From: Candidatus Gastranaerophilales bacterium
GTDB lineage: Bacteria > Cyanobacteriota > Vampirovibrionia > Gastranaerophilales > Gastranaerophilaceae
Reading direction: 5' to 3'
Assembly (NCBI GenBank): GCA_944323395.1
Contig: CALUSI010000010.1
Location: forward strand, 9,359 to 73,358
DNA length: 64,000 bases
The position numbers and the translations under genes are program-made. Shown piece by piece: positions 1 to 10,000 of the stretch (within the stretch, counting starts at the first letter, position 1; every line of letters starts with the position of its first letter). The notes beneath the pieces were generated by a model that ran no database searches, was not told the DNA's origin, and saw only the letters and a list, made by a program, of their open reading frames with translations.

Positions 1-25
1 TCGTAGAACTGTATTGCTTTCATTT

Positions 26-1036
26 TCATAGTTGAATATATGCTTTCATAATTTTATTTGAAAGAGTATCATCTAGTGCATCATTAATTCCTTCAATTGG
101 GTATACTGAAGATAAACCTGCAACTTTAACTCTTCCTTCTTCAATTAATCTCATAGAATCTTCTAAATCCATTGGTGAAGGTGAATAGCTTCCAAGTATT
201 GTTAGTTCTCTATAATAAATATCATTATTTTTAAATCCGTTGTTATCTTTTATACTTGAGAAAACAACAATTGTAGCACCATCTCTTGCTGCCTTGACTG
301 CAAAATCCAATGATAGTGAAGCTCCTGCTGTTAAAAATATTGTATCAAAGCCGTTTGGTGCGACTTTTTTCATTTCCTTTAAGGTTGATTCTTCATCTTT
401 TAATAAGAAAGATTTATCAAATCCAAACTTTTCAGAAAGGCAAATTCTTTCATATAATAAATCACATCCGTAAATTGGGTTGCCAAATGCCTTTACGGCT
501 TCACCCATGAGAATACCTATTGAACCGAGACCTAAAATCAGACTTTTTGTATTATCTTTTATTCGAGCTCTTTTAACTGCTCTAATGCAACATCCGAGTG
601 GTTCTAAAAAAGATGCTTCAATATCTGATAAGTTTAAGTTTACATGAAAAACTGTATTGTTTAAATGTTCTTCGGATACGAAAATATATTCGGCAAATCC
701 TCCGGGGAAAATGTTTGTAGACTTGAAATGTCTGCACATTGAATAATTTCCGCCCCAGCAATATTGGCAGTTAAAACAAGGTACATGGTGTCCTAAGGCT
801 ACTTTATCTCCGACTTCAAAATTAGTCTTTGAATTAATTTCAACAATTTCACCTACAACTTCATGACCAAGTACAGCTCCGTTTTTAACTTTACCTGTTC
901 TCATTTTTACTATATCAGATCCGCATAATCCGCATCCTGATACTTTTACTATTGCACCTTCTCCATATTCATCAAGTATTGGTTTAGGTATATCCGTAAT
1001 TATAAATCTATTGTTTTCTAAAACAGCAGCTTTCAT
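26..1036 (-). CDS. Zn-dependent alcohol/polyol dehydrogenase (medium-chain dehydrogenase/reductase family)
   Basis: GCGLCGSD and GHEVVGEIVE catalytic-Zn motifs, structural-Zn Cys cluster CFNCQYCWGGNYSMC, and a Rossmann motif GLGSIG. Substrate not assignable. Confidence 0.8.
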   Translation of the reverse strand: MKAAVLENNRFIITDIPKPILDEYGEGAIVKVSGCGLCGSDIVKMRTGKVKNGAVLGHEVVGEIVEINSKTNFEVGDKVALGHHVPCFNCQYCWGGNYSMCRHFKSTNIFPGGFAEYIFVSEEHLNNTVFHVNLNLSDIEASFLEPLGCCIRAVKRARIKDNTKSLILGLGSIGILMGEAVKAFGNPIYGCDLLYERICLSEKFGFDKSFLLKDEESTLKEMKKVAPNGFDTIFLTAGASLSLDFAVKAARDGATIVVFSSIKDNNGFKNNDIYYRELTILGSYSPSPMDLEDSMRLIEEGRVKVAGLSSVYPIEGINDALDDTLSNKIMKAYIQL

Positions 1037-1083
1037 AAAAAAATCCTTAATATCACTGCTATTATAGTTTAAATAAAATAAAA

Positions 1084-1818
1084 TTAAAATAAATTGTTTT
1101 TCTTAAGTATTTTTTTATCATATTCTGATAAATTTGAGTTTAAAAATTTTAGGAATAAATCAGGTCTTTTCTTTTTTGTTACTAAAAACTGTTGCAATCT
1201 TCGCCATTCTCTTATCTTTTCATGATTGCCGCTTAGTAATATTTCAGGAACATTTAAGTTTTCATATTCTCTTGGTTTTGTATAATGCGGATGTTCTAAT
1301 AGTCCATCATAGTGAGAGTCATATTCTGCTGATTCATCATCACCAAGAACGCCTTTTAATAATCTTGTTACACTATCTATAATGCATAAAGCAGGAAATT
1401 CACCACCTGTTAATACAAAATCGCCTATTGATATTTCCTGTGCGTTTGATTTTTCTATAATTCTTTCATCAAAACCTTCATAATGTCCGCAAATCATTAT
1501 TAGTTGTTCTTCATTTGCAAAATTTTTTGCCATCTCTTGATTAAAAATTTCACCTTGTGGTGACATTATTATTGTTTTTGTTTTATTCTCTTTTTTTATT
1601 GAACTAAGTGCATCTAAATATGGCTGGCATGATAATAACATACCTGCGCCGCCACCATATGGTGTATCATCAACTTTTTTATGTTTATCTTTTGAAAAAT
1701 CACGCGGATTAATTGTATTTATTTCTATTCTTTTTTCTGTTAAAGCTCTTTTTATAATGCTGAAATCACAAGCATTATTAATGGTTTCAGGAAATAAAGT
1801 GAGTACATCAAACTTCAA
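1084..1818 (-). CDS. trmD: tRNA (guanine37-N1)-methyltransferase
   Basis: N-terminus MKFDVLTLFPE, central GGGAGM and ICGHYEGFDERI motifs. Overlaps the rimM stop by 4 nt, the classic rimM-trmD arrangement. Confidence 0.93.
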   Translation of the reverse strand: MKFDVLTLFPETINNACDFSIIKRALTEKRIEINTINPRDFSKDKHKKVDDTPYGGGAGMLLSCQPYLDALSSIKKENKTKTIIMSPQGEIFNQEMAKNFANEEQLIMICGHYEGFDERIIEKSNAQEISIGDFVLTGGEFPALCIIDSVTRLLKGVLGDDESAEYDSHYDGLLEHPHYTKPREYENLNVPEILLSGNHEKIREWRRLQQFLVTKKKRPDLFLKFLNSNLSEYDKKILKKNNLF

Positions 1819-2330
1819 TTTATCAAACCTTCTATGTTGTTTAAAACAACTTTTCTTCCTTTTAAATCAACTATAGGAACAAGTTCTTTTACGAATGGAA
1901 CAAGATGCTCTTTACCGTTGCCATCTTTTACGGAAAGCAAATTATTAGCCATATTTTCACCAATGGCAGTAATTGTTCCAACACAACTTCCATCTTCATC
2001 AAATACATCCATTCCAATTAAATCGCTAATAAGATATTCATCATCATCAAGATTGTTTTCAACTTCTTCTTTTGTAAGATAAATATCACAACCTTTGAAT
2101 TCTTCAACATCATTTACGGTTTTGAATTCTTTGAACTTTATAATTGCAAATTGTTTATGGAATCTTACTGAAACAACATTTAATTCGGAAAAGTTATTTT
2201 CTTTTTTTATATACACTTTTTTTAAAGCTTCAATCTGTTTTTCCCTTCCTTTAGAAAAACCGACTTTTGCTTCACCTTTAATACCGTGGAAATTAAGAAC
2301 TTTTGCTATGGATATTAAATCGTTACTCAT
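1815..2330 (-). CDS. rimM: 16S rRNA processing protein RimM
   Basis: Typical size (171 aa), IAKVLNFHGIKGEAKV start and a PRC-barrel-like C-terminus. Lies immediately upstream of trmD. Confidence 0.85.
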   Translation of the reverse strand: MSNDLISIAKVLNFHGIKGEAKVGFSKGREKQIEALKKVYIKKENNFSELNVVSVRFHKQFAIIKFKEFKTVNDVEEFKGCDIYLTKEEVENNLDDDEYLISDLIGMDVFDEDGSCVGTITAIGENMANNLLSVKDGNGKEHLVPFVKELVPIVDLKGRKVVLNNIEGLIN

Positions 2331-2332
2331 AG

Positions 2333-3205
2333 TTATTTAGTCTTTTTATATTCTTCAGGTGCATCTTCTCTTTCTTGATTCCACCTGTCAAGTCCCATTT
2401 GTTTTCTTATTAAACCAATACCTACGTGGACTCTCCATTCATCCATTCTTAATTGTGCTGCTATGATTTTATGACAACCTATTGGAGGTAAAGGTAATAA
2501 TGGTTCATATAAGTTCTTTATTGCAAACAATTGATCAGGAGATACTGCAAGCTTTCTCTTTGGGAAAGGCAGTTTTGGAAGCATTAATTTTTGTCTTACC
2601 AAATTAATCCCAAAGAAAACTTTTCTTGGTTCCAAACCTATAGCTTGACCTATAACTTCATGCACATCCGGATTTGGTAAAGGCAAAGCCTTTTTATAAA
2701 GAATTTCAATTTGTTCTATTTGTTCTTTACTAACTAACAGTTGTTTTTGTCTTTGAGGTTTTGGTCTTCCTGCATTTGGACGAGGTCTTGAAAAACCACC
2801 CGGTCTATTGTTATTAAAATTATTTCGTTGCGGTCTCTGGTTTCTTTGTTGTCCGTCATTTCTAAATTTATTATAATTCCTTTGATAGTTGCCGCCATTT
2901 TGATTTCTGTTATCTCTTTGACGGTCATTGTATCTTGAATTGTTATTTCTGTTATATTGTTGGCGATCGGGGCGAGAGTTTCTGTCGTATGGTCTGAAAG
3001 ACTTTTCTTCTCCCTGATTGTCATTACCAAATGAGTATGAGTTCATTTGCGGAGCATCTTTTTGAGTAGAGGATGCGTTAGCGGCTTCTTGTGAAAGTTC
3101 TTCCGTATATTTTTTATCTGAATATAAACAATTCGGACAAATAACTCTCTTTGGATTTTTTGTCTCAAACTCTGCGCCGCACTTAATACACTTATTTACA
3201 TACAT
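2333..3205 (-). CDS. hypothetical protein: N-terminal zinc ribbon, N/Q/R-rich low-complexity linker, tandem duplicated C-terminal helical module
   Basis: CIKCG...CPNC ribbon and about 100 aa of N/Q/R-rich sequence. Two roughly 55-aa repeats are present (LYKKALPLPNPDVHEVIGQAIGLEPRKVFFGINLVRQKL and LYEPLLPLPPIGCHKIIAAQLRMDEWRVHVGIGLIRKQM). Its stop lies 3 nt from the rimM start. Confidence 0.6.
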   Translation of the reverse strand: MYVNKCIKCGAEFETKNPKRVICPNCLYSDKKYTEELSQEAANASSTQKDAPQMNSYSFGNDNQGEEKSFRPYDRNSRPDRQQYNRNNNSRYNDRQRDNRNQNGGNYQRNYNKFRNDGQQRNQRPQRNNFNNNRPGGFSRPRPNAGRPKPQRQKQLLVSKEQIEQIEILYKKALPLPNPDVHEVIGQAIGLEPRKVFFGINLVRQKLMLPKLPFPKRKLAVSPDQLFAIKNLYEPLLPLPPIGCHKIIAAQLRMDEWRVHVGIGLIRKQMGLDRWNQEREDAPEEYKKTK

Positions 3206-3416
3206 CGAATATGCCCCTTTATTTTAAAGCAATTACTTTATCTCTCTCCAAGTGTCAGGATGTTTCTTGCTTATCTTAAATACTCATGTTGATTAGAAAA
3301 TTACCGTACCTAATTAAATTGTAATGTAACTAAGATGATTTATAACTAAATAAAAGCATGTATAAATCTCAATTATTATTTTAACCACAAAAATATAATA
3401 TGACAAGAGTTTTACA

Positions 3417-4448
3417 TTATTTTTTCATTTTTGAGCTTAATTGACCGCAAGCTGCATCAATATCTGCTCCTCTTTCAAGCCTTATTGTTACTTTCTTCCC
3501 TGAAGCTTCAAGTATGTATTTGAATTTTTGTATTGCTTCTTTTGTTGGTTTCTTGTAAGGGCTTTTCTCATTTTGATTATATATAATCAAGTTTACATTA
3601 CTTTTTAATTTAAGAATTGAAAGAGCAAGTTCTTTCGCATCGTTAATAGAGTCATTTATATCTTTCATTAAAACATATTCAACAGTTACTCTTCTTCCTG
3701 TTTTTTCAGTATATCTTTTTAATGTTGAAATAAGTTCATCAAATTTATATTTCTTTGCGACAGGCATGATTTCTGCTCTTTTTTCTTGGTTTGGTGCATG
3801 AAGAGAAATAGCTAATGTTGATTGAAAATCCAGTTCTGCTAATTTGTTTATTTGAGGAATTATTCCGCAGGTTGATACTGTTATTCTTCTTGCTCCTACT
3901 TGGAATTGCTCTCTGAATATTTTTATTGAATTAATTAAATTATCAAAATTTAAGAGTGGTTCACCTTGTCCCATATATACAATATTTGTGACTTTTAATC
4001 CTGTATCGGCTTGAATTAAAAATATTTGTTGTATTATTTCATCAGTGTCTAAGTTTCTTACAAATCCCAGTTTTGCTGTAGCGCAAAAACTGCATCCCAT
4101 AGGACATCCTACTTGAGTACTTATACAGGCTGTTAAATTAGCACGGTTATCAAAACGCATTAAGACTGCTTCTGCAAAATTTCCGTCTTTTAATTCAAAC
4201 AAAAATTTCATCGTTCCGTCTTTGCTTATTTGCTTTTCTTTAATTGAAATGCTGCAAAGCTCTGTCTTTTGTTTCAGAAGCTCTCTCGTTGATAAAGATA
4301 AATCTGTCATTGAATCGATATCTTTTACCGATTTTAAATATAACCAATTATATATCTGTTTGGCGCGGAACTTTGACTGCTCATTATTGAGCATAAATTC
4401 TTCAATTTCTTTTAGCGATTTGCCTACAAGTATAAATTTCTCACTCAT
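3417..4448 (-). CDS. rlmN: 23S rRNA/tRNA (adenine-C2)-methyltransferase, radical SAM
   Basis: CPMGCSFCAT radical-SAM CxxxCxxC motif, FRAKQIYNWLY N-terminal motif, and a conserved C-terminal Cys in DAACGQL. Confidence 0.92.
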   Translation of the reverse strand: MSEKFILVGKSLKEIEEFMLNNEQSKFRAKQIYNWLYLKSVKDIDSMTDLSLSTRELLKQKTELCSISIKEKQISKDGTMKFLFELKDGNFAEAVLMRFDNRANLTACISTQVGCPMGCSFCATAKLGFVRNLDTDEIIQQIFLIQADTGLKVTNIVYMGQGEPLLNFDNLINSIKIFREQFQVGARRITVSTCGIIPQINKLAELDFQSTLAISLHAPNQEKRAEIMPVAKKYKFDELISTLKRYTEKTGRRVTVEYVLMKDINDSINDAKELALSILKLKSNVNLIIYNQNEKSPYKKPTKEAIQKFKYILEASGKKVTIRLERGADIDAACGQLSSKMKK

Positions 4449-4571
4449 AATATATTTTTCTTTGTACTCTTTCTAAGAAATATTAACATAAAAACACTAA
4501 CTATTTGTATTTAAAAATGTTCGTGTTAACATGTTTCTTGAAATATAATGTATAAGTCAAGGAGAATTAAA

Positions 4572-4868
4572 TTGAGAAATTACGAATTATTATCAATAAT
4601 TAAACCTAATATCGATTCTGAAGAATTTGATAAATTGGTTGTTAAAATTGAAGAAGCAATTGTTGCTCTTGATGGTAAAGTTACATCAACAGACAAAATG
4701 GGCAGAAAAAAATTATCATATGATATTAAAGATTTCAGAGATGGCTATTTTGTAGTTCACAACTTTGAAATGGATCCTGCTCAAGTAGCTAAATTCAACA
4801 GACAATTAAGATTAAATGAAAATGTTTTGAGAATTATGCTTCTTGAAACTTCTGAAGTAAAAGCGTAA
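4572..4868 (+). CDS. rpsF: 30S ribosomal protein S6
   Basis: S6-like sequence. The ORF track starts at ATG 4548. An in-frame TTG at 4572, preceded by AAGGAG (4559-4564), gives the canonical S6 N-terminus M-RNYELL. Confidence 0.88.
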   Translation: MRNYELLSIIKPNIDSEEFDKLVVKIEEAIVALDGKVTSTDKMGRKKLSYDIKDFRDGYFVVHNFEMDPAQVAKFNRQLRLNENVLRIMLLETSEVKA

Positions 4869-4882
4869 TTACGGAGAATAAA

Positions 4883-5290
4883 ATGTCAATAGCAAAAGCA
4901 GTTATATCAGGTACAGTATACAGAAATCCCGAAAAAAGATTTACCGGGAATAATATTCCTGTAACAACTTTCACTTTAAATATTGACGAAAAGGAACAAT
5001 CATTAGTTAGAATAGTTGCTCGTGGCAATAACGCCGAAACAATTGAGCAATCGGTTTCTAAAGGTGATAAGGTTGTTGTAGAAGGCAGACTTCAAATCTC
5101 TAGTGTTCAAGGTGAAGACGGAACAGATAAAAAGGTTATGGAAATAGATTTATCTAGTTTTGAAGTCATTTCTTCTTCCCAATCGGTATCATCATCTTCT
5201 TCTTCAAAAAATTCATCTGATGAGGTTGTTAAATTCTCTGAAGTTGAAATGGATGATGTTTTAATCGGTGAAGAAGAGATTCCGTTTTAG
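4883..5290 (+). CDS. ssb: single-stranded DNA-binding protein
   Basis: OB-fold N-terminal half, Ser-rich linker, acidic C-terminal tip EEEIPF. Located between rpsF and rpsR. Confidence 0.9.
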   Translation: MSIAKAVISGTVYRNPEKRFTGNNIPVTTFTLNIDEKEQSLVRIVARGNNAETIEQSVSKGDKVVVEGRLQISSVQGEDGTDKKVMEIDLSSFEVISSSQSVSSSSSSKNSSDEVVKFSEVEMDDVLIGEEEIPF

Positions 5291-5316
5291 AAAGACTAGT
5301 AAAGGAAAAATTAAAA

Positions 5317-5550
5317 ATGGCAAAAGAACAATTAGACAAGAAAAAACGTAAAAACTGCAGCTTTTGTGCTGATAAAGTTACATCTATTGATTACAAAGAT
5401 GCTCAAAAATTAAGAAAATATTTAACAGAAGCAGGTAAAATTCTTCCAAGAAGAATTACAGGTACTTGTGCTGAACATCAAAGAATGCTAGCTAAAGCTG
5501 TTAAAAAAGCAAGAGAAGCCTCTTTATTATGCTATGTTTTTGAGTCTTAA
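5317..5550 (+). CDS. rpsR: 30S ribosomal protein S18
   Basis: CSFC...IDYKD...[25 protein letters not shown] is a typical S18 sequence. Confidence 0.93.
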   Translation: MAKEQLDKKKRKNCSFCADKVTSIDYKDAQKLRKYLTEAGKILPRRITGTCAEHQRMLAKAVKKAREASLLCYVFES

Positions 5551-5575
5551 TTTATAATCAAAAATAATTTATTTA

Positions 5576-5603
5576 AAAGAGAGAACTATGTTCTCTCTTT
5601 TTT
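5576..5603. terminator. bidirectional rho-independent terminator between rpsR and the convergent minus-strand gene
   Basis: AAAGAGAGAAC-tat-GTTCTCTCTTT hairpin flanked by A-run and T-run; overlaps the stop of the 5602-6300 gene. Confidence 0.75.
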
Positions 5604-6300
5604 AGTCTCTGATAATTTGAACGGATGACCTTGTTGATACATTGGGTGGCAACCAATATGAGCTTCTTTGAATTCTGTTATGTGGATAATGACCTGGTCT
5701 GTGTGGATGTCGTCCATAGTAATGTCTGCTTGGATTATATCCGTTGTTAAAATATCTGTTGTTTAATCCTGAATTAATGAAGTTATTGTTGTTGTAAAAA
5801 GGATTGTGAATATAGCGATTATGATTATGGTATCTATTATGATATGGGCAGTAATTATTATAACCATTCATAAAATTTAAAAATTCGTTTCCATAAGTGT
5901 TTGTTGAATAACCATAGCCTGATGTTGTCATAGATGGTGTAAAGCCTGTCATTGTTCCCGTTGTATCAAAAGTAGAGGTTACATTATCCCAAAATCTTCT
6001 TATGGCACTTCTCTTTTGACCAGGGTAGTAATTTTCTCTCGGGTTTATAATTGCACTTTGTCTTGAGTTTCCTGAGATATGTTTTAACATATCTATTCTT
6101 GAATCTAAATCACCTGATTGTGCCATACCGAAAAAATCTGTTTCCAGACGATTTAGTCTTTCTGCTATACTTTCATTAGCATAGCTTTCTCCATATTTTG
6201 ATAATTCTATATTTGTTATTTCATCTTCTGAAAAACAAAAGCCTATTATTGCTGTAAATAAAAATATTATTTTTATAATAAATAATTTTTTCAACATCAT
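5602..6300 (-). CDS. hypothetical secreted protein with N/Y/H-rich low-complexity C-terminus
   Basis: Hydrophobic N-terminal signal-like segment (KKLFIIKIIFLFTAIIGFCFS). The C-terminal half is dominated by N, Y, H, R and P. Confidence 0.5.
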   Translation of the reverse strand: MMLKKLFIIKIIFLFTAIIGFCFSEDEITNIELSKYGESYANESIAERLNRLETDFFGMAQSGDLDSRIDMLKHISGNSRQSAIINPRENYYPGQKRSAIRRFWDNVTSTFDTTGTMTGFTPSMTTSGYGYSTNTYGNEFLNFMNGYNNYCPYHNRYHNHNRYIHNPFYNNNNFINSGLNNRYFNNGYNPSRHYYGRHPHRPGHYPHNRIQRSSYWLPPNVSTRSSVQIIRD

Positions 6301-6371
6301 TTATCTCCCTATTATATATAGGATTAAAAATAATATTTTATAAACAGACACTAAGCTATAATAAAGTATAA

Positions 6372-6983
6372 TTATTCCAAATTCTTTAATATAAAAATAG
6401 TTTCATTCACATTTACAAGAAGTTTTTCTAATTTAGACTCTAAATTTTCTTTAGTATATATATTATTTGTTGAATTGTATGGCAAATATTTCTGTGAAAC
6501 TAGACCTTGAGTTCTAAAAGTAGCAGTTTCTCTTGCTTGCTGAGAAATAGTTATTAATCTATTATAGGAAAGATAATTGCTTTCTGGTTTGTCTTTATAT
6601 TCGGCCCTTATATATTCAACATTATCAATTAAATTGCTGACTATTGCGTTAAACATCTGTATATCTTGATTTGTATTTAGGCATTTTCTTAACTTTTCAA
6701 GAATAATAATGACGCTGTTAACATCTTTAAGATATTGTGTAGTTTTATCCTTCTTTACAATTATATCTACATAGTTGTCATTGTCTCTCGGAATTGGTTT
6801 TAGTTTTGCTTCGTTTTGTTTATCCAGTTCTTCAACAGAAAATGGAGCCATTGCTTTTTCATCGTGCTGTTTTCTTAAATAAGAAAATTCAGCATCAATA
6901 TTTGGTAATGTGCCTATATATCCCGCTCCTGTTGTTGTTATGACTATTATAAATAGTAAGATTATTGTTAGAAACTTATTCAT
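6372..6983 (-). CDS. hypothetical membrane-anchored/secreted protein
   Basis: N-terminal hydrophobic helix (FLTIILLFIIVITTTGAG). No recognisable catalytic motifs. Confidence 0.5.
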   Translation of the reverse strand: MNKFLTIILLFIIVITTTGAGYIGTLPNIDAEFSYLRKQHDEKAMAPFSVEELDKQNEAKLKPIPRDNDNYVDIIVKKDKTTQYLKDVNSVIIILEKLRKCLNTNQDIQMFNAIVSNLIDNVEYIRAEYKDKPESNYLSYNRLITISQQARETATFRTQGLVSQKYLPYNSTNNIYTKENLESKLEKLLVNVNETIFILKNLE

Positions 6984-7080
6984 AATTTATATTATACTGA
7001 TATTTTTTACAAAGTGAATAATTATTAAAAATAGACCTTTTTTATCCTTTAATGATATTCTTAAAAAAACAGGAGAAAGT

Positions 7081-10000
7081 ATGAAAAATATAGTTAATAA
7101 AATAGGACCTCTTTCAAATATAGAATTTGATAAATTATTTCTAAGCCAATTATTATCGCATTTTGCAGATGCTGTTGTGCAGTTTACATTGGTTGCGATA
7201 TTGCTGGATAAGTTGCCAAATGCAGGAAAAGCCATTGCAATAACATTTTTTGCATTTCTTCTTCCACAATTTTTCTTTAGTCCATATTCAGGTGCATTTT
7301 GTGATAAGTTCAAAAGAAAAAATATATTGGCATTTAGTTTGTTTTATAGAGCTTTAATATTATTTGGGGCCACTTATTTAATATTTAATAAAAGTATAAT
7401 AGAGCCTCAATATATATATTTAATTTCTTTTCTTTTAGGTTGCGGAAGTGCATTTTTCTATCCTGCGAAAATGGCGATTTTGCCAAATTTGGTAGAGAGT
7501 TCTCAGTTGAAATTTGCAAATGCGATGAATTCATCTATTGGTGCTATTGCTGTTTTGTTTGGTGCATTTATTTCTAATTTTATAATTAGCCATACAAGCT
7601 ATATTACTGCTTTAAATATTATTGCTTTAAGTTATCTGATTTCTGCTTGTTTGTGTTTGACTATAAAATTGAAATTTAAACAATCATTTTTCAAAATTTC
7701 AAACAATCTTGTTAATGATATGAATATAGCCATAAAATACATAAAAAACCATAAAAAAGCATTATATTTGGTTATGCTTTCATTCTGCATTCAATTTATA
7801 GTGGCTATGTTTTCTAACAACTTAAATACACTTATAACTGATTATTATGGTTTAGCGTTTTCAGATTTGACATATCTCAGAACAATTTTGGGCTTTGGCA
7901 TAATATTGGGTATGTTTTTAACTATATATTTTGCCAGATTGTTAAAAGTGGTACATTTATTTTCTTTAGGTTTTATTATTTTATGTCTAACTCTTTTTAC
8001 TGCTAATTTCTGTAATTCAATTGGTATTGCTTGGAAGTGGTTAATTCCTATCGGTATAGCTGATGCTATGGTCGTTATTACTTTAGATACGATATTACAA
8101 AAAGTTACTCCTGATAGAGTGAGAGGTAAAATATTCGGATTAAATTTGACCTTAAATACTTTTAGTTTTTTGCTTGGAACTATCATTATTGCATTTTCTG
8201 CAGAATATATTCAACCGTTAAATACATTTAAAATTATTGCAGGAATTTCATTTATACTCGCAATTTCAGTTCTTTTATTTGATAAAGCCTTTAGGTATTT
8301 TTTATTAAAGGCAACTTTAGGACAAATATTCTTGTTATTGTTCAGATACAGAGTTGAAGGAATAGAAAATTTGCCCAAAAAAGGGAAAGTCATACTTGCA
8401 GGTAATCATACAGGGCATTTAGATCCATTTATTCTTCAGATGGCAACAAAACGTCAGTTATGGTTTGTAACCGGACCGGCTGCGTTTAAAGTTCCTATCG
8501 TAAGGTATCTTTTAAAATTTTATAATGTTTTACCGTTAAATTTTGGGAAGGGACTTGAAGCAATTGACTCGGCTGTTACAGAATTAAAAAAAGGCGAGGC
8601 TGTTATAATTTTTCCGGAAGGAAAGTTTACACCGAATGGTGAACTTTGTAAATTCAACAGAGGTGTGGGGATAATGGCAAAAAATGCCGATTGTCCTATA
8701 GTCCCATTTTGTATTCAAGGAGGCTTTGAAACTTGGAATAAACAGAGGAAACTTCCTAAATTTTTTAATACTATTGTTATTCAATTTGGTCAGCCAGTTA
8801 AAGATTTAACAAAAAGCGAAAAAGAAATTGCTCATGAACTCCAATTAAGAGTTAATTTTATGAAAAAAGCATTGGAAAGACGTTCATTCTACCAAATCTC
8901 TCAACATTATTATTCTAATTTTCTAGATTTAATGAGGGATAAAGGTGATATTTTTGCACCTGTTAATGCTGTTTCAATGAAAACAAAAGACGGTTATGAG
9001 TCGATTACCTATATAGAACTTTCCAGAAATGCAAAGAAATTTGCTAATTATTTAATTGAAACTGTTGGTGTGAACAGGGGTGATAGAATTGCGATTTTGT
9101 CTGAGTCTCGTCCTGAATTTGCTATTGGAATTTTTGCTTCTATTCAAACAGGTGCAATTACAGTCCCATTGGATGTAAAATTGACCGTATCGGAACATAC
9201 AAATATATTGTCTGATTGTAATCCAAGAATATTAATCTGTTCTTCTCATTACCTAAATCATGCAATAGAAGTAAAGCAAAATGTAAAATCAATAGAGCAA
9301 ATTTTTGTTTTGGATAAAGATGAAGAAACTTCCTATATGAATGTCTTTGATATTGAAGCGGATGTTGATAAAGATTTAGGGCGTCCCCGTTCTTTGGATG
9401 AAACCGCTTTAATTGTTTATACATCTGGTACAACTGGTAATCCCAAAGGTGTTATGATAAGTTTTGGTAATGTATATTCTCAATTCAAAGATTTTGAGAA
9501 AATTTTTAAATTATCATCAAAAAACAGGCTTCTTTCTTTATTACCTTTAAATCATCTTTTAGAGCTGACAGATGGATTTTTCGCAATGCTTTATATGGGT
9601 GCTCAAATTGTTTATATAAAAAGTTTGAGTCCTAAAGAGCTTACTGAAACAATGAAAGAAAAAGGTATAACAAATATGATTGTTGTTCCTTTAGTTGCCA
9701 AAATGCTTAAAAATAGTATAGATAAGCAATTAAAGAAACAGAGCAAAAAAGTTCAGTCTTTATTCAATTTAATGTATAAAGTGGCAAAATATATGCCTCT
9801 AAGTATAAGAAGAATTATGTTTAAGTCTATAATTGACGAACTTGGCGGAAAGTTTGAATGTTTTATTTCAGGCGGTGCTCCTTTAGAACCAAGTATTGCG
9901 GAATTCTTTGATAGAATTGGTATTCCTGTATTTCAAGGGTATGGTTTAACAGAAACAAGTCCTACAGTTTCTACAAATTATTATGACAATAATAAAATAG

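Noticed and set aside
240-510. Plus-strand ORFs 240-473 and 310-510 inside the dehydrogenase gene. Similar antisense or alternate-frame ORFs occur throughout the track, e.g. 1134-1382, 1834-2340, 2734-3030, 7845-8393, 21278-21682, 60522-61340.
   Set aside because: They lie entirely within well-supported genes on the opposite strand or in another frame. They have low-complexity, hydrophobic or unstructured composition typical of AT-rich shadow ORFs, and none has an RBS.
6987-7313. 108-aa minus-strand ORF overlapping the start of the LplT-Aas fusion gene.
   Set aside because: It overlaps a strongly supported gene and its RBS region. It has no motifs or RBS and is probably a shadow ORF.
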